In this document: one piece after another, positions 24,712 to 34,709 of the stretch | How positions within the stretch are numbered: position 1 is the stretch's first letter | How the letters are laid out: every line of letters starts with the position of its first letter | Source: Nemertoderma westbladi | Taxonomy: Eukaryota > Animalia > Xenacoelomorpha | Assembly (NCBI GenBank): GCA_032718475.1 | Contig: JAUCBJ010003534.1 | Location: 1 to 34,709 of the forward strand | Length of the DNA stretch: 34,709 nt | Direction: 5' to 3' | Notes under the pieces: generated by a model | What the model was told of the DNA's origin: nothing | The model's input: the letters and a program-made list of their open reading frames with translations, nothing else | The model's database searches: none | Made by a program: the position numbers and the translations under genes

Positions 24712-24751
24712 AATCCAATATTTCATGGGCCTACACCCTTCTTCAGGGACT
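24712..24751 (-). ncRNA. Minimal type I hammerhead ribozyme motif (Penelope pLTR type)
   Basis: Minus strand reads AGUCC-CUGAAGA-aGGGuguaggCCCau-GAAA-UA-UU-GGAUU: both core boxes, a 5-bp stem I, a short stem II, and palindromic AAUAUU in place of stem III. It lies next to a Penelope RT. Confidence 0.65.
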
Positions 24752-25066
24752 ATACACGCTACTGCACTACATCTACTGCTGTACTGATTACAGAAATACA
24801 CAAAATTGTGGAAGAGACAAGAAATAAAAACAAACAAGTTGGTGCCAGTTCCCAAGAAGGGCAACCTAACACCCTATGGTTCTTTTCGGGGAATCTCATT
24901 GATCTCGATTGCTGCAAAGCTATAGATAGATAAGTAGCGCCTGGAGCGCTGTATATTTTCCATGTTCCTAATTAAATACATCATAATAAATTTCGTAATA
25001 TGTACATTATACACAATATCAATCAATGCAAACAATATACCAGTAATTGAATAATTAGTTTTAACT

Positions 25067-25171
25067 TTTATGAAACTGAAAATAATTACCATTAGGCTCA
25101 AATTGAAAATATTTACCATTTGGCTCAAATTGAAAAATATTTACCATCTGGCTCAAATTGAAAATATTTAC
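25067..25171. repeat. ~27-28 bp tandem repeat, 3-4 copies
   Basis: GGCTCAAATTGAAAATATTTACCAT repeated. Confidence 0.85.
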
Positions 25172-25184
25172 TATTTACTATATA

Positions 25185-25655
25185 CAATATACAATAGAAT
25201 TCTATTAAATTGCATCAGGGATCCCATTGAGAGACTGCTCCGTGGAAATCAGAATGGGTTCCGTAAAGGTCGTGGGACCATGGAGCCCATTTTGGCACTT
25301 AGAAGGATAATTGAAGAGTTATCAAAAAAGAAAGACAGGCATCTGGCTGTTATCTTTGTTGACTTCTTCAAGGCCTTTGACTCAGTCTCTCGCTCACGTA
25401 TGTTCAGCATACTTTCATTATATGGGATTCCTGATGAAATTATTGCAGCAATCAGATCAGTATACGATGGTTCGACAACATTTGTGTCTACTGTTGACGG
25501 TGACACAGAACCATTTGAAGTGTTATGGGGCGTCCTCCAAGGAGACACACTTGCACCATTCTTGTTCATTATTGTGGTTGACTATGTTCTACGCATGTCC
25601 TTAGATCATCATAATGATGATGGGGTGATGGTAACTCCACCTACTGTTCCGAGAA
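25185..25655 (+). mobile_element. RTE-like LINE RT fragment (N-terminal half of RT)
   Basis: YNRILLN...NQNGFRKGRGT...IFVDFFKAFDSV...GVLQGDTLAPFLFIIVVDYVLR; ends before the FADD motif. Confidence 0.88.
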
Positions 25656-25880
25656 ACCACCCCCGCTATCGCTACAGTAGTCGTATAATACAGGATTTTC
25701 TTATTAGTTTTTTAATAGTATATTATATTTGACCTATCGTACGTGGTTTTAATTTGTCGATTTTAAGTAAGTTTAAACTTACCGTTAACTGGATATCATT
25801 AATGTTTATAATACATGTGTTTTAATGTCACGCTGTCCCACAATTAATGTTCCATATGTTTGGATAATAAAATAACTTGT

Positions 25881-26088
25881 GTTCCACCTTGGTGTAGTGG
25901 TCGCATTGAATTCACATCTCCCGGAGGTCGTGGGTTCGATCCTCAGATGGGCCAGGGCAGTTTTCGTTTCGGCACGAATGCTTTAAGGGACCAGCCATGG
26001 CGCATCTCTGCCTTGCATCCTTAAGTGGTAGCTAAATGAGTACTGGAAATTCCTCTGGGGGGACCGCACTGGAGATAAGTCGTCAGAC
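25881..26088 (+). mobile_element. tRNA-derived SINE, copy 2 (3' truncated)
   Basis: Same A/B boxes and body as 7553-7840. Confidence 0.88.
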
Positions 26089-26121
26089 TAAACTTTACCG
26101 GTCCGCAACCTACCTCATACC

Positions 26122-27277
26122 GGGTAAATCTTTTCGACCTACGCGTAGGCCTACGCGTAGCTACGCGTAGCTACGCGTAGCTACGCGTAGCTACGCGTAG
26201 TTTGTAACTTCCATTCCTGTCATTTACCGGTAGGGCCAGACTTACTGCCTTTTTAACAACTACGCGTAGGTGTTTTAAAACTACGCGTAGTTATTTTGGA
26301 ACTACGCGTAGGTATTTTGAAACTACGCGTAGGTGCTACGCGTAGCAGTCCTGATAACAATGATTTTTCATTTCAGGTCCGGTAGGGTTGAGTTGTTAGG
26401 CAAGTATCGGTATATGTCAGGTTTCTGATTATCAGACAAATGTAATAACAGAATCGGAAACTCATATCTCTACATACAGCACTGGTAATAAATAATATTC
26501 GGCTCTTTCACATACAAACACAGAGGATGAATAAAAAGTAAACTTGAAATTCACGTCTCATGATTCAAGTATCTTTGTTTCCATTGGATTATTTAAATAT
26601 TGAACAGTAGTAAATAAAGCGACCAGTCTACCGGTGAAGAGGTTAAGCGAAAGCTGATAAATACTGCATATAATCAAATTGTTTGGTCAAAAGACAAGTG
26701 CAACCAATCATGGTAGACCATTTAGTCTCCCCCTTCCCTTTGTCAAGGGGTTAACATATTAAATACAGTATATCCTTGCCCTATCGTGAACAAAGGCAAT
26801 AAAAAGCATAGAGAATCGATAAGAAGCATCGGCCTATTTCCTTTGTAAACTATTTTTGAACTCTAAACATTAATTATTAACACATTTTACCGCCCGCAAC
26901 GCATGAAGTGAAGAATATGTAGTTTTCGCGTATTCCTCTATATAGAGTATACAGGTATAGGATACATTACTGTTGAAAGCATTTGATGGTTGTGGGTTGT
27001 TTATTGAACATACCGTATTGTGTCTTATTTTAGTACTGACTCGCTTGGAATACGTAAGCCTACTAATGATAAACGACGTACTGACGTATAGGCATACATA
27101 GTTATGGGTAGCACCTATGCGTAGGTCGCGTAGGACCTACGCGTAGCTAAGCGTAGCACCTACGCGTAGCTACGCGTAGCACCTACGCGTAGTTATTGTT
27201 AAAACTCTGAAACTGGTGATATATGACCCAATGTTGCGAACTACGCGTAGCTACGCGTAGGTCGAAAAGATTTACCC
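26122..27277. mobile_element. Non-autonomous TIR element (MITE) with 8-bp TSD
   Basis: TIR GGGTAAATCTTTTCGACCTACGCGTAG / CTACGCGTAGGTCGAAAAGATTTACCC. TSD CTCATACC at 26114-26121 and 27278-27285. Superfamily not assigned. Confidence 0.92.
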
Positions 27278-28019
27278 CTCATACCTCTTGCTGCAGTGAG
27301 ACGGTGAGTGAGACTGCTGCACAGTAGCAGCCTAGGCTGCTAGGAGCCAGACAGTTGTAGCACTGTAGCAGCCTAGCACTGTACTGCTGTCAGGCTGTAC
27401 TGCTGGCTGTAGGACCTAGCACTGTACCGGTAGCAGCCTAATCCAGTAGTCCCTAATGCTATCTGGCTGTGGTTGATAGTCGTACCGCACCGGTGGTACG
27501 GTAGTGATGTAGTGCTTGTCAGCTAGTGCACATACCGGACCGGTACAGCGTACAGCGGTAGCGGTAGGCATAGTCAGCTAGTGCATGTAGTGTGTTGTGT
27601 CGTGCTGTACAGCTGTAGCTGTATCGGTAGGCCTAATGCTGTAGTGTAGTGGCTTACAGCTTACACCATACGTCCATACTGCCATACTCAGATATTCAGT
27701 TAAGGAATAGGCCTAAATTATGTTGCGTTGAGTGGAGGTACTGAGGTATGCTCGGAACTTGCAGCCCCTGTATATTTTTATCAGTAATGGTTTATATGAT
27801 TTCCACAAGTTTATCAGGAGTTTACTCTTCCGGTGAATCTCCCCTTCAAGAAGAAGAGTCCTTCAAATCCAACAACAGCGCGAAACCCACAGGTTTGTCT
27901 GTTTGTCACACACAATGTCACATTCTTAGTGTGCTTCTAAAGTAAAAGTAAAGTAAATTTTCTTCAGCCGCTACCGGTAGGCCAGGGATTACGCACAAAG
28001 TCTGACGACTTATTTATTT

Positions 28020-28459
28020 CAGTTAGGAACACTGGCTGACTGGTCACTTTCTGGCTGAAGCTCTGCCAAAAATTGTCCACATATTTACAGCCAGAAAGTG
28101 TCCGTGCAGCCACTATTTGTCCTTCACAGGCCGCGATTATATTTCCGGACATATTTTGGCTGTAACTCCACTAGTCAGCTAGTACATAGTACTCAAAGCA
28201 GAAGCTGGGCACATTTTTATTTTTATAATATTATGATAGTTATCCCAACAATGAGATTCTAATTCTCAAATTAATTTATACAGAATTTTATGGCGATTCT
28301 AAATGGCATAATTTTTCGAATGCCAATGTTAAAATTTCACTGCCGGTTTTCAAATGAAATTTAGCATTGTTTTCTATGGAGAAATTTCACTCTGAGAGCG
28401 TTTTCCGCGGACACATTCTGGCTGTAAATTGGACATATTGTGACCAGTGTTCCTGACTG
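28020..28459. mobile_element. 440-bp TIR element, CAGT termini, 5-bp TSD
   Basis: CAGTTAGGAACACTGG...CCAGTGTTCCTGACTG flanked by TATTT at 28015-28019 and 28460-28464. Confidence 0.9.
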
Positions 28460-28551
28460 TATTTCCAGTGCGGTCCCCCCAGAACTTTACTCCCCAGAGG
28501 AAACTCTAGTACTCATTTAGCTACCACTTAAAGGCTGAAAGGACTGAAGGA

Positions 28552-31130
28552 CAGTCGGGCACTTTGTCAATATTGACATGTGTCAATATTGACATGTAGA
28601 GCTAGTTTTTCCAGGATGGGGCATGTCAAAATTGACATGGACATGTCAATATTGACATTTTTTTACCTGACGTGTTCAAATATTTCCAGACGTGTTTTTT
28701 AAATATAAAAATCGAAATTATAAGTAAATTAGAAACTTTTGACCGTGCGGAAATTTTTTTCACCGTGCCGTTTAGTTAATATAAATACTTAAAGTTTTTC
28801 TCATGTTAAAATTGACAGACATGTCAAAATTGACATGTAATGATGAGAACAGAAGTGTGGGGTTAGGCCACACCACCCTATACTGATATAGACTATACTA
28901 ATACTATAACTGTATAACTAGGTATAATTTATACCTGACAAAGACAGGGATACCGGTACATCAGTACATATTGACAGATTGCTGGATTACACTTAGGCCT
29001 AATGTTTTTATAATATATCTTAGGCTACACTTACAGTCTTATCCCTGTCTGCCTGTATCCACTTAACACCTGAACACTGTGTAACAGCTTTTAATAATTT
29101 GGTAACAATAAATTTAGCATCTCTGGTTCCTTGCCTGCTTGCTGCCTTGAGACGGGGGGGGGGGGGGGGGGCAGCATTTATCATGCTTTACGAATTCCTT
29201 TTAACAGTTTCAACAGCTCTTTTCAGCCGTTCTCATGCTGCATGAACTCATGAAGGTCTCTGAACAGTTCTAACAGCTATTTTCAACATTTCTCATGTTG
29301 CACGAAGCCCTCGGAACAATTTCAACTATTCTTTTCAGCATTTATTATGCTGCATGAATGATTCTGAACAGTTTTATGAGCTCTTCTGAGTATTTCTCAT
29401 GCTGCACGAGGGCTTTTTCAACAGTTTCAACAGCTATTTTCGGCATTCTCATATTGCACAAAGCGCTCTGAACAACTTCAAATGTTATTTTCAACATTTA
29501 TCATGCTGCGTTGAGGACTCTGAACAGTTTTATCAGCTCATATCATTATTTATCATGCTCCATGAAGGCCTTTTAGCAGTTTCAACAGCCATTTTCAGCA
29601 TTTTATCATGCTGCACGAAGGCATCTGAACAGTTTCAACAGCTATTTTCGGTATTCTCATATTGCACAAAGCCCTCTGAACAACTTCAAATGTTATTTTC
29701 AGCATTTATCATGCTGCATGAAGGACTCTGAACAGTTTTATCAGTTCTTTTCAGTATTTCTCATGCTGCATGAAGACCTTTTAGCAGTTTCAACAGCTCT
29801 TTTCAGCATTTATCATGCTGCACGGCACGACGGCATCTGAACAGTTTCAACAGCTATTTTCTGATTTTCGGCATTCTCATATTGCACAAAGCCCTCTGAA
29901 CTGATGAACTGAACAACTTCAAATGTTATTTTCAGCATTTATCATGCTGCATGAAGGACTCTGAACAGATTTATCAGCTCTTTTCAGTATTTCTCATGCT
30001 GCATGAAGGCTTTTTAGCAGTTTTAACAGCCCTTTTCAGCATTTATCATGCTGAATGAAGGACTCTGAACAGTTGTATCTGTATCAGCTCTTTTCAGTAT
30101 TTCTCATGCTGCATGAAGGCCTTTTAGCAGTTTCAACAGCCAGACAGCCCTTTTCTGCATTTATCACGCTGCATGAAGGCCTCTCAACAGTTTCAACAGC
30201 TATTTTCGGCATTCTCATATTGTACAAAGCACTCTGAACAACTTCAAATGTTATTTTCAGAATTTATCATGCTGCATGAAGAACTCTGAACAGTTTTATC
30301 AACTCTTTTCAGTATTTCACATTCTGTGCGAAGGCCTGACAGCCTGAAAGTTTCAAAACTTATTTTCAGTCCTTCTCAAACTGCTCGAAGACCTCTGAAC
30401 AGTTTCAACTGCTCTTTTCAGCATTTATCATGCTGCACAAAGCTCTGAATAGTTTCAACATCTCTTTTCAGCGTTTATCATGCTACACAAAGGTCTCTGA
30501 GCAGCTTTGAGAGATCTTTTATGTATTTTTCAAACTGTGCGAAGGCCCCTGTGCCCTCCCTGGGCAGTTTTATCAGTTCTTTTCAGTTTTTCTCATGATA
30601 CATGAAACCCTCTGAACAATTTCAACTGCAGTTTTCAGCATTTATCATGCTGCACAAAGGACTCTGAACAGTTTTAGTAGCTCTTTTTCAGTATTTAACA
30701 TGCTGCGCGAAGGCCTGAATAGTTTCAAAAGCTCTTTTCAGTACGGTATTTATAATGCAGCAAGAATGCCTCTAACTAAAGCGTTTTGACAGCTCGTTTC
30801 AGTATTCTGGTATTTGTGATTCTACTTGAAGGCCTCTAAATAGATTTGGTGGGGGTGAAATGAACATAAGAACCCAGCGTTCATGTCAATATTGACATTA
30901 GATGTCAATATTGACATGCAATAAAACATATCATTAAAATTATTACAAACAACAATATACATTGGTTGGATTCAACAATATTTTAATTGAAATAGATATT
31001 CTCTTTACAAAAAAACATTTTTTACTTTTCAAATCACAATATTTAAAAAATTTATGATCAAAACATGTCAATATTGACATCATGTCAATTTTGACATGGA
31101 ACATGTCAATATTGACAAAGTGCCCGACTG
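28552..31130. mobile_element. 2.58-kb non-autonomous TIR element, CAGT termini, 5-bp TSD, carrying a satellite array
   Basis: TIR CAGTCGGGCACTTTGTCAATATTGACATGT at both ends. TSD AAGGA at 28547-28551 and 31131-31135. Many subterminal palindromes ATGTCAATATTGACAT. Confidence 0.93.
29173..30840. repeat. 52-bp satellite-like array (~30 diverged units)
   Basis: TCATGCTGC recurs every 52 bp (e.g. 29709, 29761, 29813). Consensus is close to TTTTCAGCATTTATCATGCTGCATGAAGGNCTCTGAACAGTTTCAACAGCT. Confidence 0.93.
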
Positions 31131-31718
31131 AAGGATGCAAGGAGAGATGCGCCCTGGCTGGTCCCTTTAAAGCATTCGTGCCGAAACGAAAACTGCCCTG
31201 GCCCATGTGAGGATCGAACCCACGACCTACAGATGTGAATTCAATGCAACCACTACAACAAGGTGAACCCTTGCCCTTCTGCCTTTCATTAATCCTCTGT
31301 GCTCCTATGTCAGTATGTGGTTGGTGTGGTGCAGATTAAGAGGGCGGTTGAAGCGAAGGGGGAACTTTCCTCTCTTCTTTGATTTATTTTTATTGGTGGT
31401 TTAGTTAAATATCTTATTTATTTATTTAAATTTCTTAAAGTTAAATAGGCCTACCGATTTTGGGATAGAATTTCTCAATTTTAATCTGTATCTGATAACT
31501 GAGCCCTGTGCTGCGCGAAGGCCCGGTTGCGGTTGGATATGCGCAGACAGGATGCTTAGATACCGGTAGTGTAATTAACATCTGAATGTCACATCCGCTG
31601 ATTGGTAGAAGGACGTGGATCTGGATATTGGTTTATTTTAGGTGGCGATAGCAATAAGTCAGTAAGTCGAGAGCAGAATGTAATGGGGGATTTGATTTCA
31701 AATCTGAAAACCGCTTAA

Positions 31719-32443
31719 GGGGGGGGGGGGGGGGGGGGGGGTACACCATTTTCGGACAACTCTTCGATTTATCACTCTCAGCGTTTCAAAATTGTTTGGT
31801 TTTGGCTATATTTGGAATATTGGTGCCTAAGATGCTATTCTACATGCCAGGTCAGAAAAAAAATTTTTTCCGCTATTTAATATTAGTTAATACTAGTTAA
31901 CAATAAAAAAAACTTGGTTGCGCTTAAAACCCTAAGGCTTTTACAGTTTTGAACCTAATCACATGAAAGTTTTTTTATATGATAGATCAAAGATGGGGCA
32001 ACATAACTATCAGGCGAAATTTTTTTAAAATAATTCTGCACCGCTAGGTGGCGCTGCAAATTTATGCTAATTTTTAGGTTTTTTATAAATAGTATTAAAT
32101 TTTATTAACAAAAAATTTCGAAAAGTTGCCTGATACTTTTATGCAGGGTGGCTATCTAGACACCCACAGGAAGTTTCAGACTAATTACTCAAAAATTGTA
32201 GAAGTAGTAGGGTTTTGAAGTCGACAATTTCATGAAAAAAATATTTGGAGATAATCGACCTTTCATTATACATAGTAATAGTAATTTCAATAGGATTCCC
32301 TAAATGGAAATTTACATAACTTGAAAAGTAAAAGAGCTATTAAATAGCAGTTTTCAGATTTGGAAACACCATTCAATGGTGCATTATAATAGACCATAAA
32401 AAAAATTTCGACATATTTTGGACCAAAATGGTGTACCCCCCCC
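31719..32443. mobile_element. Non-autonomous TTAA-target TIR element, Kolobok-like
   Basis: TTAA|G(n)TACACCATTTT...AAAATGGTGTAC(n)|TTAA. Purine termini with a TTAA TSD fit Kolobok rather than piggyBac (CCC termini). Confidence 0.8.
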
Positions 32444-33993
32444 TTAAAGAGATCACTTTTAGTTCTAAATCTCACGCCAGTCGATGGGTTTTTTTTATTT
32501 TATTTTTGATTTAAATTTTATGATTTTATTATGATTTTATTTAAATAAAAACATAGGTAAAGGACCTATGTTTTTATTTCTTTTATTTAGCTGGTACATA
32601 AGTCGCCTCGATTGGTGCAATTATGTTTTGATAAATTTTTCTAATGTTTGTCTACCTTAACCTTACAGCCTTAATACAGTAGGCCTAATAATTACTCATT
32701 GGGATGCGATTAAACGTATTAATGCCGGTACAGCATAGCACACTCACTCACTGGTACAACTATTTTTTTTATTATCGGTACATTTTATTTTGATTACAGC
32801 GGGAGGAGTGGCTAGTAGGCCGAGTAAATTTTCTTGAATGTTGAATAAGTACTATTTCCGTATAAATATAGGAAAGAAAATGGTGGAAAGATACAATATT
32901 AAGTATTATTATTTATTTTGTGCCATTTTACAAAAAATATACATGTTACTGTACACAACCTACTGTACCGGTAGTATAGTTTAGTTTTACTATCACCTTC
33001 TGCCTTCAAACTTTATTGACGTTCACCTGAATGTTAAGGGGGGGGGGGGGGGGGGGGGGGGGGGCTTTCGTCGCAAATTATTACTCTCAAAAATAAAACT
33101 GTAACCTGTTCTATTGACTTTCGTGTATTGTTTTGGTTAGAATAACGTGCCAGCCACTGTAACATGCTCAATGCCCTAAATTGAGAATTGAACATTGAGG
33201 CGAGATATTAATTCGCCGAGATATGGGATTTGAGTCCAGTTTCCAACCCCCCTGTATCGAAATTTATTAAACTCAACTCGCCTTTCTTCCACTATGAAAT
33301 TAGGACCAGTTGAATCACTGGTTGAATCAAAAGTAGGATATTTCGCTGTATACGAAATATATGTAATAAGTGACTACTATATACTAGTGCCAATGATTGT
33401 ACACGCGTGCAGTGAGTGACATATTGGTAGTGTATTTAATGGTATTCCGAAGATAACTTATTATGATAAGAAACTGATGAGCCAATCATAACTAAGTTCA
33501 GGAATGTGTTAAGGTGGTGAGCAGTAATAGGAGCAGCCCTAGGCCTATACGATTTACTGAAATACGATTTATTCAAATACGATAGGCAAATACGATAGCT
33601 ATCGTATGCATACGAATATGGAGTTTTGTCTGCTACCGGTAAAACATCTGAATAATATTTCAAAAACTGGAATTAAAATGGAAACATGGCAAACTAAATT
33701 TAGGGTTGGGGTTGTGTTGGCATAAATATTCACAACGTTACAATAGGAATGTGCCAATCAGTTTGAAATCATTTTGTAGGCTTTTCCAGTACCGGAATTA
33801 GATCAAAGTTAGGACATTTGTAGAAATTGTAATGAATTTATACCAATAAAAAAATAGGCCTACAAAAATATATTATAGTATTACAAAAATTATATGGAAA
33901 AAGCTCATCTCAACTCAATTTACCCTACCATATACCAATAACATATCATTCTCGTTGTTCTGATCATATTAATTAATTAATTAAATTTATTAG

Positions 33994-34209
33994 AGCCACA
34001 AAGCTTGCAGCTTCCAGACGGTGGCAATTCGCGAGCGAAACGATTATCGTTAGAGAAGCGACGAGGGTCGGATTGCCATACGCCATCCAGCGGGCTGTGT
34101 AGCGACTACTTACCCGAGTGTCTGGACCATGCCTTCAACTACTCGTGCGTGTACGGACGGCGGTACAACGTGTCCGTATCGGTGCCGGACGTTACCGATA
34201 AGTGCCAAG
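33994..34209 (+). CDS. TM2D3: Probable internal exon of a TM2-domain protein 3 (almondex)-like gene
   Basis: GC/CpG-rich island between tttattAG (33992-33993) and G|GTGGGT (34209/34210). CHTPSSGLCSDYLPECLDHAFNYSCVYG resembles my recollection of TM2D3 CPSNGLCSRLPADCIDCTTNFSCTYG. Other exons were not located. Confidence 0.6.
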
Positions 34210-34277
34210 GTGGGTAGAGTCGTGTGTATAGACCCCTAGGCTCTAGCTGACTCGAGAACAACCGCTACTTTAACCTA

Positions 34278-34304
34278 CTCTGCTCTGCTCTGCTCTGCTC
34301 TGCT
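34278..34304. repeat. (CTCTG)n microsatellite
   Basis: About five tandem pentamers. Confidence 0.9.
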
Positions 34305-34709
34305 CCCTTAATTATTTTATTTAATTGCATAAATCCTCTATCACTAATCACTTGTTTTTGCACCACTAACTCAACCCTAACACCAAAAAGTCTAATGGCA
34401 CCCTTTGATATTTTGTTTAGTGTTTTGGTTATGGTTAGTTGGTCAGGCCTCAACTCTAACTAAAACGGTCCTTTGAGGCGATTGGAATACATTCCGATGT
34501 GGCGCAATATTTATTTGGTTATAAGTTAACGGAATGTCGCAATACAGGGGCGGTTCTAGGGTTTTGCTTGGGGGGGGGGGGGGGGGGGGCAAGGCAACGT
34601 AAACGGTTCCACTGCAGCTGCCAGTCTTGGCTTTATGTTACATTTATATAACTCTATCATTCTGTCGCTTTCCTATATTCTTTTTTTTTATATAATAAAG
34701 TGACTCGCA

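Larger units (their letters stand above)
27936..31268 (-). mobile_element. tRNA-derived SINE, copy 3, split into three pieces by two TIR insertions
   Basis: Head 31268-31131, middle 28530-28460 and tail 28019-27936 are collinear with copy 1. Confidence 0.9.

Noticed and set aside
29399-30237. ORFs in the 52-bp array
   Set aside because: Translations of satellite DNA.
33034-33064. TTAA followed by poly-G as another Kolobok-like end (also the G-run element at 34545-34590)
   Set aside because: No matching opposite terminus or TSD was found, and homopolymer lengths are unreliable.
33678-33745. METWQTKFRVGVVLA as the first exon of the TM2D3-like gene
   Set aside because: In-frame TAA and TAG follow and there is no convincing donor site.
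34081-34093. CTCF-like motif CGCCATCCAGCGG
   Set aside because: It lies within the probable coding exon and is explained by the codons.

Overview
AT-rich animal (invertebrate-like) genomic DNA, not prokaryotic. It carries one reconstructable three-exon host gene on + (48-888, 8278-8907, 10450-10973; 664 aa): signal peptide, unassigned N-terminal domain, two Ig-like domains, one FN3, a TM helix and a tyrosine-motif tail. A probable TM2D3/almondex-like exon lies near the right end (33994-34209). Almost everything else is nested mobile DNA. There are two non-autonomous BEL/Pao LTR retroelements that keep Gag+protease but lack RT and integrase: one in intron 1 ending in a novel TM-containing tail, and one of ~12.5 kb with near-identical LTRs inserted in a Penelope-like RT. 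Also present are two RTE-like LINE fragments, three tRNA-derived SINE copies, four TIR elements with visible target-site duplications, a minimal hammerhead ribozyme and several tandem arrays. The strongest leads are the RT-less Gag-PR elements, two CAGT-ended 5-bp-TSD transposons nested in one SINE with stacked excision-like footprints, and window-wide TA-CCGG-TA / TA-GGCC-TA footprint-like motifs, one inside a coding exon. All family assignments are by eye; no database search was run.
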